Shown here: positions 36,833 to 46,117 of the stretch, piece by piece
Layout of the letters: each line of letters begins with the position of its first letter
Position numbering within the stretch: the stretch's first letter is position 1
Assembly (NCBI GenBank): GCA_937916125.1
Contig: CALGGE010000066.1
Span: 27,908-91,907 of the forward strand
DNA from: an uncultured Elusimicrobia bacterium
Lineage (GTDB): Bacteria > Elusimicrobiota > Endomicrobiia > Endomicrobiales > Endomicrobiaceae
DNA: 64,000 nucleotides
Reading direction: 5' to 3'
Program-made: the position numbers and the translations under genes
The notes under the pieces: generated by a model
What the model was told of the DNA's origin: nothing
The model's database searches: none
The model's input: the letters and a program-made list of their open reading frames with translations, nothing else

Positions 36833-38290
36833 CTATGAAAGTTTACTTTGTGCGACATCGTATAAAAATTTGTGCATTTCGACGAGAGCCAGTGTATCCT
36901 GCTTGCAATATTCAAGAAGGTTTTTTTTGGTTTCTTTGATTTTATCTTCGTTATACAAGCCCATTGCCATATAAGCAAATGCCGAAAGAGCAATATCGCC
37001 TTCACCGATTTTAAAACTGTCGTAATTCATTTCCGGTATCATAATCGGTAAAACTTTTTTTATTGACGTTCTTCCGTGAAAACGTCTGTCATAATAATTG
37101 TTTCTTAAAATTTCCTCAAAATCCACAATTCTGTCTGCAATTAACCGTAATTGCGATAGTAAATCCGGATACATTTCTCCGAATTTCAAAATAATATTTT
37201 TTTCAAATGACGAGTATGTTATTATACTGCCAGTATCGCCGAAAATATCTATAAGATTTTGAGCGATTATTCTGCGACAATCCTGTTTGTGGTCTGCAAT
37301 ATATTCAAAATGATCCGTTATATGATCTATTGCATCGCATTTATGTACGGAATACTGTGTTATTACCTGAGAATGAGGTGCGACATTTTTGTACAAAGGA
37401 TATATCGTCATAACGGCTTCAAAATCCAAATAATAAACGGGAAAAATTATCTTTTCCAATTCTTTTTTAAGTTCGGGATTTATAAAAATTTTATCGTTAA
37501 GGACACAATCTTTTACGATTTTTTGAAGAGGTTTCAGTTCAGTATCTTCGGGAATATCTTTAACCTGCCATATTTTTTGTTCTGCAAGTTTATCAAAAAT
37601 TGTTTGAGATAATCTGGGAATATCAAAAAGATGATATTCTATATCTTTACCCGTACAATTCTCAAACAAAGCACAATTTTTGCACATAAGTTTAAGATTT
37701 TTTTCTCTCGGACCGTCAGCGAGAACGACTTCTTTTGAATAAGACAACAGTTCCGCAAACTCTCCTGCTTTTACCGAAGCTTCTTCCGTACAATCTATTT
37801 GAGAAAAAAGTTGTTCGGTGGGCATACCCAAACGAAAATCTTTCGATAAAAGAAACATTACCGTTTTTGTAATTGTCGGTACTGTTTTTTCGGCAATGAG
37901 TTTTTCGTATGCCATATCCGAAATATATTTCTTTTTCCCTTTTCCGCCGGATTTTATATCTATCATGCTCCAGGTACCGTCTTCATTTCTGGAGAGAATA
38001 TCGGCTTTTGCTATAAAACCGTCATATTCAAACAAAGGATCAAAAATATTTTTAACATTTTTGTCTTCTATAAATTCTTTTGTTTTTTTGATTGCATCGT
38101 GAAACCCGCAGGACACCCATACACCGTCTTTGAACATAATTCTCGCCATAGAACGAACATTTTGGGATTCCATTATCAGAAATTCGTTGCTTAACGTGGT
38201 ATTTTTCGGGACAAGACCTCTGTATAAATGCCAAGCATACACGGGACAGTCCAATGATTTTAAAAAGACATTTTTATTTATCGGTTTCAT
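36833..38290 (-). CDS. DUF2779 domain protein (putative nuclease)
   Basis: 485 aa. The N-terminal FLKSLDCPVYAWH and the central YYLDFEAVMTIYPLYKNVAPHSQVITQYSVH match my recollection of DUF2779 (FLDFEt...iPfQySlH). Confidence 0.6.
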   Translation of the reverse strand: MKPINKNVFLKSLDCPVYAWHLYRGLVPKNTTLSNEFLIMESQNVRSMARIMFKDGVWVSCGFHDAIKKTKEFIEDKNVKNIFDPLFEYDGFIAKADILSRNEDGTWSMIDIKSGGKGKKKYISDMAYEKLIAEKTVPTITKTVMFLLSKDFRLGMPTEQLFSQIDCTEEASVKAGEFAELLSYSKEVVLADGPREKNLKLMCKNCALFENCTGKDIEYHLFDIPRLSQTIFDKLAEQKIWQVKDIPEDTELKPLQKIVKDCVLNDKIFINPELKKELEKIIFPVYYLDFEAVMTIYPLYKNVAPHSQVITQYSVHKCDAIDHITDHFEYIADHKQDCRRIIAQNLIDIFGDTGSIITYSSFEKNIILKFGEMYPDLLSQLRLIADRIVDFEEILRNNYYDRRFHGRTSIKKVLPIMIPEMNYDSFKIGEGDIALSAFAYMAMGLYNEDKIKETKKNLLEYCKQDTLALVEMHKFLYDVAQSKLS

Positions 38291-38384
38291 AAAAAATCGC
38301 CTTGCGATTTTTTAGCTGAACAGCTGAGAAGCTGAGGAGCTGAAAAGTTTATTGTACATTATACATTGTGTACTGTACATTGTC
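38291..38384. repeat. composite intergenic repeat block between the PHP gene and the DUF2779 gene
   Basis: Hairpin AAAAAATCG-CCTTG-CGATTTTTT (38291-38313), octamer array NAGCTGAR x4 (38314-38347), and a TGTACAT-type heptamer array (38352-38384). The last array encodes the PHP C-terminus ..NVQYTMYNVQ. Confidence 0.8.
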
Positions 38385-39236
38385 ATCAAGCTGCTTTTTC
38401 TTTTTTTCCAATGATTCCACGACACAGTAAGGGACTTTTATTTTTCCCATAATCGGAGATTCTTTTCCGTAAGCTCCGTGACAATCGGAACCTCCGGTTG
38501 CTATAAGGTTCAATTCTTCGGCTATATTTAAAAATTTTTTTACGACATTGGGCGGATGACTTTTGTGCCAAGCTTCTATTCCCATAAGCCCGTCGTTAAT
38601 AAGTCCCTTAAAAATATTCTTATTGCTGTAATGTCCGTAATAAGGATGTGCAAGAACGGGAATACCGCCGGCTTTTAATATTAAAGTTATTGCGTCCTTA
38701 GGCGATATGTAATGTTTGGGAAAATAGGCAGGTTTATCAAGACCTAAAAATTTTTGAAATGCTTCGGATACGTTTGAAACATATTTTTTTTCGACAAGAG
38801 CTTTGGCGAAATGAAGTCTGCCTACGTTTTTGCCGCCGGTATTTTCAATCAGACCTTCGGAATCAAGTTCTATTCCCAAAAACTTTAAAGCATCAAAAAT
38901 ATCCTTTGCTCTTTTTTGTCTGGCTTTCTTGAATACGGCCAAAGCTTCGTTAAAACTTTTCGATTTATGATTTACGTAATAACCGAGAATATGCATTTCC
39001 GTCTTTGACACGTTATCAAGTTCGGCAGAAAGCTCTATACCCGAAATAACTTCAACTCCGTACTTTTTTCCTGCCTCAATTGCTTCCTGTACGCCGTCAA
39101 CGGTATCATGATCCGTTATGCTTATCGCCGATAAGCCGACTTTTGAAGCATAAGCAACAGCTTCAGACGGTGTAAAAACACCGTCTGAGCAACATGTGTG
39201 AATATGTAAATCTACAAAAAATTCTTTTTGCGACAT
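38349..39236 (-). CDS. PHP-domain metal-dependent phosphoesterase (TrpH/YciV-like)
   Basis: 295 aa with DLHIHTCCSDG, ITDHDT and GGSDCHG motifs. Confidence 0.8.
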   Translation of the reverse strand: MSQKEFFVDLHIHTCCSDGVFTPSEAVAYASKVGLSAISITDHDTVDGVQEAIEAGKKYGVEVISGIELSAELDNVSKTEMHILGYYVNHKSKSFNEALAVFKKARQKRAKDIFDALKFLGIELDSEGLIENTGGKNVGRLHFAKALVEKKYVSNVSEAFQKFLGLDKPAYFPKHYISPKDAITLILKAGGIPVLAHPYYGHYSNKNIFKGLINDGLMGIEAWHKSHPPNVVKKFLNIAEELNLIATGGSDCHGAYGKESPIMGKIKVPYCVVESLEKKKKQLDDNVQYTMYNVQ

Positions 39237-39239
39237 TCG

Positions 39240-40550
39240 TTACAACAACTCCGATGACAACGCTGCAAGTACGCTTCTTTCGCTCTTGGAGAACAACAAA
39301 TGTCCGAAGACCGACTGACCTTTAAACCTTTCTACCAAATATGTTAAACCGTTTGACGAGGCATCCAAATAGGGATTATCTATTTGATACGGATCACCGG
39401 TTAAAACAATCTTTGTTCCGTTACCTGCTCTGGAAATTATCGTCTTTATTTCGTGCGGCGTTAAATTCTGTGCGTCGTCGATAATTATATATTGTTTTGG
39501 AAGGGAACGCCCTCTTATATAAGTAAGCGAATCCACTTCTATCTGTCCCGACGAAAATAAATAATCTATCTTTTCTTCGGCTTTTACATCATCATGACCT
39601 TTATCTATAAGAAATTCCAAATTGTCGTTTATCGCACCCATCCAAGAAGAAAGTTTTTCTTCTTTCGAACCCGGCAGGAAACCGATATCTTTTCCCATCG
39701 GGATAATAGGACGTGCAATGTACAATCTTCTGAATTGTCTTTCTTCAACGGTTTTCTGCAAGCCTGCAGCAAGTGCGAGCAATGTTTTACCGGCACCGGG
39801 AAGCCCTATAAGCGTAACCAAAGAAATTTCGTTACATAAAAGAAGTTCAAATGCAAACCTCTGCTCTATATTGAGCGGTTTCAAGCCCCACGGCTGAGAA
39901 TTGATATGAAATAACGGCTGGACAGACTTTGTTTCCGGGACATATTTACCCAATGCACTTTTTGACGAGCCGGTTTCGTCTTTAAAATAGACAAATTCGT
40001 TGGGATAAAATTTCAACGATTTTGAAACTTCTATTTTGCCGTTTTTATAAAATTTATCAATTTTATCTCCGGAAACTTTAAGCTCTCTCCATCCTCTGTA
40101 AATTTCATCTATCTTGACTTTGGATTTTTCGTAATCCTGCGTAGTAATATCGAGAATTTCGGCCTTAATTCTAAGATTAATATCTTTAGTTATAAATACA
40201 ACATTTTCACCTTTCTTTTTTAAATAAAGTGCCGTTGATAATATCTGATGGTCGGCCTTTGATACTATAAACTCTTCCGGAAAATCCACTTTGTGAAGCA
40301 TTTCTATGACAAGTTGTCCGCCGTTTTTAATAGGAACGCCCTGAGAAAGTTTACCTTTCGCTCTTAAACCGTCAAGCGTTCTGGAAATAAGTCTGGCACC
40401 TCTTCCGCGTTCATCATTAAGTTTTTTAAAGTTATCCAATTCTTCAATTACGGTTAAAGGAATAACAACCTTATTGTCTTTAAAAGAAAAAATCGAATCA
40501 GGGTCGTGCAGCAAAACATTTGTATCCAATACAAAGGATTTCATAGCCAT
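39240..40550 (-). CDS. PhoH-family ATPase with N-terminal PIN domain (YlaK-like)
   Basis: 436 aa. PIN start FVLDTNVLLHDP, Walker A GLPGAGKTLLA, and the PhoH motif IVLTGDPYQID are present. Confidence 0.85.
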   Translation of the reverse strand: MAMKSFVLDTNVLLHDPDSIFSFKDNKVVIPLTVIEELDNFKKLNDERGRGARLISRTLDGLRAKGKLSQGVPIKNGGQLVIEMLHKVDFPEEFIVSKADHQILSTALYLKKKGENVVFITKDINLRIKAEILDITTQDYEKSKVKIDEIYRGWRELKVSGDKIDKFYKNGKIEVSKSLKFYPNEFVYFKDETGSSKSALGKYVPETKSVQPLFHINSQPWGLKPLNIEQRFAFELLLCNEISLVTLIGLPGAGKTLLALAAGLQKTVEERQFRRLYIARPIIPMGKDIGFLPGSKEEKLSSWMGAINDNLEFLIDKGHDDVKAEEKIDYLFSSGQIEVDSLTYIRGRSLPKQYIIIDDAQNLTPHEIKTIISRAGNGTKIVLTGDPYQIDNPYLDASSNGLTYLVERFKGQSVFGHLLFSKSERSVLAALSSELL

Positions 40551-40570
40551 AAAAGATACCCCCCTTTTTT

Positions 40571-40609
40571 AATGTACAATGTATGATGTACAATGTATAA
40601 TGAACGGCG
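40571..40609. repeat. TGTACAA heptamer array
   Basis: AATGTACAATGTATGATGTACAATGTATAATGAACGGCG has the same module order as in 17428-17468. Confidence 0.8.
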
Positions 40610-40674
40610 TTTTCTTTTATATTATAGCCAATTCGGAGCAAAAAAACAACTAAAAAATTGCGAAGAATTAAAGG

Positions 40675-41379
40675 TTATTCATATCTGAAAACAAAAGCTT
40701 TATGTTCTCTAAAATTATTTTTGGAATTTCTGACTACTTTCTTTAAAACAGAACTTTTCTCACCTACAACGTCATAACTTTGTTGATAAAACTGTGAAGG
40801 TATTGTATGCCTTTTATCGGTAGGATTAACAATAAAAGTATATTTTATCCCGCCATATTCATAACTTGCCGCTTTTAACGGAGCTTTTATTTCAAAAGGA
40901 TTTTCCGTTTTATTCCCCTTAGATAAAATTTCGGCGACAAAAGATATTTCGGAAATTACGTCAGCAATATTTTCCCAATCTTTGGAATATTTTTCATATA
41001 AAGCATTATCATCCAAATAACATTGACTGTATAAAAGCCCCTTCGCACCGTCGATAATTGCATTATAAGACAGAAAACGCAATTCTTCTTTTTTTAAAAT
41101 CTGTTTCTTCGTCGTAAAAAGATTTATTTTTGCACATTGCGATACGGATGAAAGAACCGAAAGACCTGCCTTTGCGACTTCATCGTTGACGGGATTTGCG
41201 GGAGAAATATCGGAGCTTACGGTAACGGAATTAAAGCCGGCACCTTGTGCTTCAATGATATCCCGAGAAGTTTTTATTCCGTCAAGACCGACAATAAAAT
41301 CGGCAAAAGCATAACCGAAAAAAAATATCTGAAAAAACAAAATTGCAAACAATGTAAGAAATTTTTTTGATTTAATCAT
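40675..41379 (-). CDS. hypothetical secreted protein
   Basis: 234-aa ORF with an N-terminal signal-like peptide MIKSKKFLTLFAILFFQIFFFGYAFA. I recognise no family. Confidence 0.55.
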   Translation of the reverse strand: MIKSKKFLTLFAILFFQIFFFGYAFADFIVGLDGIKTSRDIIEAQGAGFNSVTVSSDISPANPVNDEVAKAGLSVLSSVSQCAKINLFTTKKQILKKEELRFLSYNAIIDGAKGLLYSQCYLDDNALYEKYSKDWENIADVISEISFVAEILSKGNKTENPFEIKAPLKAASYEYGGIKYTFIVNPTDKRHTIPSQFYQQSYDVVGEKSSVLKKVVRNSKNNFREHKAFVFRYE

Positions 41380-41399
41380 TTTTCATTTCCTTATTTTTT

Positions 41400-41408
41400 T
41401 GGTATAAT
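41400..41408 (+). promoter_or_regulatory. candidate extended -10 element (TGgTATAAT) for tilS
   Basis: TGGTATAAT lies 52 nt upstream of the tilS ATG. There is no good -35 element. Confidence 0.35.
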
Positions 41409-41460
41409 ATTATTATATCAAATTATTTAATAATTTGGTAGTTAAAAAAAAGGATAATAG

Positions 41461-42447
41461 ATGATTATTTGGGAAAGATTCAGGAAAAATATTTTTGACA
41501 ACAAACTTGTTTGTCGTGGAGATAAAATTCTTTTGGCTGTCTCCGGCGGAGCAGATTCCATGGTAATGACAAGTTTGTTTTCCATGCTTAAAAAAACAAT
41601 CGGCATTGAGTTGATGATAGTAAACTTCAACCATAATTTAAGAAAAGAGTCCGTTAAAGAAGCAAAAATCGTAAAAAAATTTGCGGATAACCTTAAAATC
41701 GAATGCATATTAAAAAATTTAAACACCAAAGAATATGCAAAAGAAAAAAACATTTCTACGGAAACTGCCGGACGACAATTGAGATATGCCGAACTCGAAA
41801 AAACTGCAAAAGAATACAAATGCAACAAAATCGCCACTGCTCATAATATGAACGACAATGCGGAGACAATACTTATGTGGATGTTGAGAGGAACGGGAAC
41901 GGAAGGCTTAAGCGGAATTCCCGTAATAAGAAAAATTGATAAAAACCTGTCGATAATAAGACCTGTTTTATCCGTATCCAGAGATATGATAGACGCTTAT
42001 GCAAAAGAAAAAAATATAAAATTCTGCACGGATAAAAGCAATTTCAAATGTGATTATACAAGAAACAAAATAAGGCTGAACATCATACCGGCATTAAAGA
42101 AAATAAATCCGTTATTTATCGAACACATTTATAATCTGTCAACAATAGTTAAAGACGAAACCGCATATTTTAAGAAAAAGATAAATTCTTTTATTTCAAA
42201 AAACGTAAAAATAACAAAAGATAAAATATTTGTAAATTTAAATGCATTTAAACTGCAACAAAAAATAATGCAGTTTAAAATATTAAAAGAAATTATTCCT
42301 GACAAAAAAAGAGCCGTCCACATAAGCCAAGTTATCGATTGGCTGGCAGACGGCAAAAGTAAAAGTTATATTTTATCCAAAGATTGGAACATAAAAAAGA
42401 GCAGAAAATATTTTACTTTTTCTAATCTTTTAAAAGCGGCAAAATAA
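41461..42447 (+). CDS. tilS: tRNA(Ile)-lysidine synthase
   Basis: 328 aa. The PP-loop LLAVSGGADSMVM and ATAHNMNDNAETILM are present. The 3' end overlaps the convergent kinase gene by 26 nt. Confidence 0.85.
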   Translation: MIIWERFRKNIFDNKLVCRGDKILLAVSGGADSMVMTSLFSMLKKTIGIELMIVNFNHNLRKESVKEAKIVKKFADNLKIECILKNLNTKEYAKEKNISTETAGRQLRYAELEKTAKEYKCNKIATAHNMNDNAETILMWMLRGTGTEGLSGIPVIRKIDKNLSIIRPVLSVSRDMIDAYAKEKNIKFCTDKSNFKCDYTRNKIRLNIIPALKKINPLFIEHIYNLSTIVKDETAYFKKKINSFISKNVKITKDKIFVNLNAFKLQQKIMQFKILKEIIPDKKRAVHISQVIDWLADGKSKSYILSKDWNIKKSRKYFTFSNLLKAAK

Positions 42448-43117
42448 CCGTTACGGTAGTACCTTTAGACGGAGCGGATATAATTTTAACGGTTCCGTTG
42501 TGCATTTCGATTATTTGTTGTGCTACGGTCAGCCCCATACCTACGGCCTTAGCGGTTTTTGTAGAAAACATAGGATCAAAACACTGATCAAGAGTTTCTT
42601 CATCCATACCTTTTCCCGTATCGCTGACAACAACCGAAACATTATTCTCATCCGAGGAAACATCTATTTTCACCGTACCCGTATTATCCAAAGCATCTTT
42701 TGCATTTTTAATGATATTAAAAAATACCTGCGAAAGTTTTTCAACATCGCCGTATATTTTTGCAGATTGTAAATTTGCATCAAATGTTATTCCGTCAACT
42801 TTTGAAGCATCCAAAGCCTTTTGTAAAGAATCTTTTAAATCACAAATTTCTCTCTTTACCTGTTTTACTCTCGTCATATCCAAGAGTTCGGAAATTCTGT
42901 TATTAAGCGTAATAACTTCACTTGAAAGAAGTCCAAGCATTTTTTCCTGAGTAGGAGTTTCGATTTTAATGGATTTGTTTAAAAAATAAGAAATATTTGA
43001 CAGTCCCGCAACGACATTTTTTAAGTCGTGAGAGGCAATGGATGCAAATCTCGCGATACATTTATTCTTCTCTAAATTCAATTCTTTTTTGGTTAAAGTA
43101 TAAGTTTTTTCACTCAT
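42422..43117 (-). CDS. soluble core histidine kinase (HisKA + HATPase_c, no sensor domain)
   Basis: 231 aa. H-box FASIASHDLKN, N-box FNIIKNAKDA, and G-boxes DTGKGM / GMGL are present. Confidence 0.8.
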   Translation of the reverse strand: MSEKTYTLTKKELNLEKNKCIARFASIASHDLKNVVAGLSNISYFLNKSIKIETPTQEKMLGLLSSEVITLNNRISELLDMTRVKQVKREICDLKDSLQKALDASKVDGITFDANLQSAKIYGDVEKLSQVFFNIIKNAKDALDNTGTVKIDVSSDENNVSVVVSDTGKGMDEETLDQCFDPMFSTKTAKAVGMGLTVAQQIIEMHNGTVKIISAPSKGTTVTVILPLLKD

Positions 43118-43120
43118 TGT

Positions 43121-44182
43121 TTATTTCCCCAAAATTTTATTTATTAAATTTATTACATCTTCTATCTCAAAAGGTTTGTTTATATAGAAAAAGCCTTTCT
43201 CTTTAACCGTCTGTGCGTTTACGTCATCATTTAAAATATAAATAACACCTGCATTGGGAAAAGCTTTTTTTATTTTATCCTGAATATCGCAAATATTGGT
43301 TTCTATCTGTGCGTCTATAATTGCAACATCAAAAAACGTATTTTTTATTTCTTCCAAAAGTTTTTCGTAACCGGAATAAACAATAACATGAAACCCTTTC
43401 TCGATAAGTTCTTTCTTCAAATTAGCAAATTCTTCGGAATCATCGTCAATTAATGCCACATTAAGTTTTCTTTTATCTTTACCTAAAATATCAAAAACCT
43501 GTGCGGTCATTAAAGGAGCATCCACAAAATTATTTACACCGAGCTTTTTGGCTTCCGATATTAAATGCTGATTCTCTTTATTTACAACCAAGATTGTTTC
43601 GGGCAGAGTACCTATAAGTTTAATAATTTTATTAAGAATATTTAATGTTTGGCCATCTTCGCTTGCAGCCTCAAGTATTAAAATATCAGGTCTGTGTTTT
43701 CCGAGAAACTCCAATTTTTCGTCGTTACAGGCGGTAACTTTCAATCCGCAATCTTTTAAGGAGTTGACAAACGTTACGCCGGCTTTTGAATCTTTATCAA
43801 CTACTACGGCAAACGGTCTGTTGACTATATCTTTTATCATTGCAAGAGCCGCGTCTATTTCAAACGGTTTACTTAAACATGCAAACGCACCGGAATTTAA
43901 TGCCTCGACAATCAAGTCATTAAGAGCATAAGCCGTCATCATAATACCTATGATGTCCGGCTTTATTTTTTTTATTTCTTTAAATGTTGTCGTGCCGTCC
44001 ATACCCGGCATTCTTATATCGGAAAACATTATATCAAAATCTTCCTGCTTGGCAAGCTCTATGGCTTTAAATCCGTTTTCCGCATCCATTACTTCGTAAC
44101 CTTCCAATTCCAAAATACTTACAAGAGACATTCTTAAAGAATCTTCATCATCAACAACCAAAATTTTTAAATTATCATTCAT
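43121..44182 (-). CDS. response regulator with one canonical and two degenerate receiver-like domains, and no recognisable output domain
   Basis: 353 aa. REC1: ILVVDDED...FSDIRMPGMDG...MMTAYA...KP. Two further alpha/beta receiver-like blocks start at AVVVDKD and ALIDDDS. Confidence 0.75.
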   Translation of the reverse strand: MNDNLKILVVDDEDSLRMSLVSILELEGYEVMDAENGFKAIELAKQEDFDIMFSDIRMPGMDGTTTFKEIKKIKPDIIGIMMTAYALNDLIVEALNSGAFACLSKPFEIDAALAMIKDIVNRPFAVVVDKDSKAGVTFVNSLKDCGLKVTACNDEKLEFLGKHRPDILILEAASEDGQTLNILNKIIKLIGTLPETILVVNKENQHLISEAKKLGVNNFVDAPLMTAQVFDILGKDKRKLNVALIDDDSEEFANLKKELIEKGFHVIVYSGYEKLLEEIKNTFFDVAIIDAQIETNICDIQDKIKKAFPNAGVIYILNDDVNAQTVKEKGFFYINKPFEIEDVINLINKILGK

Positions 44183-44203
44183 ATCGCAAAACTCCTTTCC
44201 GTA

Positions 44204-45829
44204 TTATAAAGGCAACTCTACGGTAAACGTAGTACCGACATCTTTCGTACTTGCCACAAGAATTTTTCCCTGATGTGCATCAATAATTTCTTTCACAATG
44301 GGAAGCCCCAACCCTATACCTTTAAGCTTGGTGGTAAACAACGGTTCAAACAAATGTTTTACGGTATCTTCACTCATACCGCAAGCATTATCTTCTACAA
44401 GAATCTGATATGCTTTATCGGTTTTGCGTGTAGAAACTTTTATAACACCGTCTTTTTTATCGACGGGCATTGCATCTTTTGCGTTTGTAATAAGGTTTAT
44501 TATAACCTGAGTTATTTTATCCGGATCCATAACAACGGTATAAGGTTCCAAGTCCGTAACAACCTTTATGTTGTCGGGCATAACTACTGCCGGAATAACT
44601 TTATTAATAAACGGAACAATATCGATGGCAAGTTTGTTTAATTTTTTTGTTCTGGAATAGTCCAAGAGATCCGTTATAATCTTGTTTGCTCTTAAAACTT
44701 CTTCCGATAACATTCCTATCATTTGGTTGGAACGTGCGAGAGTTTTGGACATTTTTTCAGCTTCTTCGGGAGCTTCTTTTATTTTTTGTATCGCGTTAGG
44801 ATCGCTGAAAATAGTCATTTTAGACAGAAAATATGAAATATTTTTGATAGCGGCAAGAGGATTCCTTAATTCATGTGCTACGGAAGACGCCAGCCTACCG
44901 ATGGTAGCAAACTTTTCGGACTTTATTAAATCCTGTTGCATACTCTGAACTTTATCAAGAGTTTCTTCCAATTCGTAACTTCTCTGTTCGAAAGCAATTT
45001 TAAGGCTTAGCAATTCTTTCTTTTCTTTGTTAAGTTCTTTAATATGAGCTTCCATATCGCTTGCCATGGAATTGAACGACCTTGCAAGCTCTCTGAATTC
45101 GTCATTGGAATGTATTGATACTCTGTAGCTTAAATTACCTGCGGCAATTTTTCTGGTCCCTTGAGCCAGTTCCCTGATAGGTGTAAGTATAACTCTGACC
45201 AGGAAAAACGAAATTATTATACCGGCAAAAATAACGATAAACGTCAATATAACAATAGATCTGGTCATTTTATCTATTTGATAATTAACTCTGTCAAGTG
45301 CCATTCCTATACGAACAGCTCCAACAACACTTTCTCTGTCATATCTTGCATTTTTTACGCCGGGAATATTTTCGTAAGAAAGTATCGGAACCATTATATC
45401 CATAACTTCCCCGATATTGTCTATATTGTACGAATCTTTTTGAATTTTGCTTCTTTCCAAATTCAATATGGTTACGGAATCCACCGAACCGGAAAAGACT
45501 TTCGTTTTGATACCTTCGTTGGCAATAGATTCAACAGCCAAAGGGATTCCGTTGGCATCATAAATTACGGCATAAAGTACATCTTCTTCTTTAATTGTAT
45601 TTCTGGTTAAATGGGATAAAAATTCTTTGCTGGAAGTAACTACGCCGTACTCACCGGAAGTTGCAAGAGAGCTTGCCAAAATGACGGCTTTGTTTTCTAC
45701 CGAACCTCTGAGAACGAGAGTTTGGCTGGCAACAAAAAACCAAGACAATATTACAGACGTTAACACAATTACTAAGGAGATTGCTATGATGACTTTGAAG
45801 TTTAATCCGAAAAACATTCTTCTTTTCAT
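44204..45829 (-). CDS. membrane sensor histidine kinase (2 TM, HAMP, HisKA, HATPase_c)
   Basis: Start placed at MKRRMFFGLNF (ATG 45827-45829), because the 27 upstream track codons are antisense translation of tRNA-Thr. H-box SVAHELRNPL, N-box NLITNAKDA, G-box GIGLGL. Confidence 0.85.
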   Translation of the reverse strand: MKRRMFFGLNFKVIIAISLVIVLTSVILSWFFVASQTLVLRGSVENKAVILASSLATSGEYGVVTSSKEFLSHLTRNTIKEEDVLYAVIYDANGIPLAVESIANEGIKTKVFSGSVDSVTILNLERSKIQKDSYNIDNIGEVMDIMVPILSYENIPGVKNARYDRESVVGAVRIGMALDRVNYQIDKMTRSIVILTFIVIFAGIIISFFLVRVILTPIRELAQGTRKIAAGNLSYRVSIHSNDEFRELARSFNSMASDMEAHIKELNKEKKELLSLKIAFEQRSYELEETLDKVQSMQQDLIKSEKFATIGRLASSVAHELRNPLAAIKNISYFLSKMTIFSDPNAIQKIKEAPEEAEKMSKTLARSNQMIGMLSEEVLRANKIITDLLDYSRTKKLNKLAIDIVPFINKVIPAVVMPDNIKVVTDLEPYTVVMDPDKITQVIINLITNAKDAMPVDKKDGVIKVSTRKTDKAYQILVEDNACGMSEDTVKHLFEPLFTTKLKGIGLGLPIVKEIIDAHQGKILVASTKDVGTTFTVELPL

Positions 45830-45852
45830 AGAGATCCTTTTGCTGAAGAGAA

Positions 45853-45925
45853 AGCCGACGAGAGGACTTGAACCTCCGACCGATGGTTTACAAAACCATT
45901 GCTCTACCAACTGAGCTACGTCGGC
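45853..45925 (-). tRNA. tRNA-Thr (anticodon UGU)
   Basis: Manual cloverleaf fold of 73 nt: GCCGACG-TA-GCTC-AGTTGGTA-GAGC-A-ATGGT-TTTGTAA-ACCAT-CGGTC-GGAGG-TTCAAGT-CCTCT-CGTCGGC-T. No CCA is encoded. Confidence 0.9.
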
Positions 45926-45968
45926 ATATACGACATTTTACGGTGTAACTTAAACTAATGATTTGCAT

Positions 45969-45997
45969 AGTATAACATAACTTAAAAATTTTGTCAA
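45969..45997 (-). promoter_or_regulatory. sigma70 promoter upstream of tRNA-Thr and the two-component operon
   Basis: The minus strand reads TTGACA (45992-45997), a 17-nt spacer, then TATACT (45969-45974). It lies about 40 nt upstream of the tRNA 5' end. Confidence 0.6.
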
Positions 45998-46029
45998 CGA
46001 AAATTTACCTCAAAACAATAAATATTGAG

Positions 46030-46090
46030 ACAAAAAATAAGAAACCCGCAAATACGGTATATAAAAAATATACGACAATATTTGCGAGTT
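46030..46090 (-). terminator. candidate intrinsic terminator after mscL
   Basis: The minus strand reads CTCGCAAATA ...(nested GTATAT/ATATAC hairpin)... TATTTGCGGG followed by TTTCTTATTTTTT. The stem is imperfect and the loop is long. Confidence 0.4.
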
Positions 46091-46117
46091 TCAAAATTTT
46101 TATCAAAAAACTAAATT

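Noticed and set aside
36721-37005. 94-aa minus-strand ORF overlapping the DUF2779 3' end
   Set aside because: It is out of frame with and overlaps a well-supported gene. It is hydrophobic and low-complexity with no RBS.
41413-41837. Two minus-strand ORFs (73 and 131 aa) opposite tilS
   Set aside because: They are antisense to a gene with a clear PP-loop signature and have no independent support.
45830-45910. N-terminal 27 codons of the 568-aa kinase track ORF (MVEQWFCKPSVGGSSPLVGF...)
   Set aside because: This is the antisense translation of tRNA-Thr. The kinase start was moved to MKRRMFFG at 45829.
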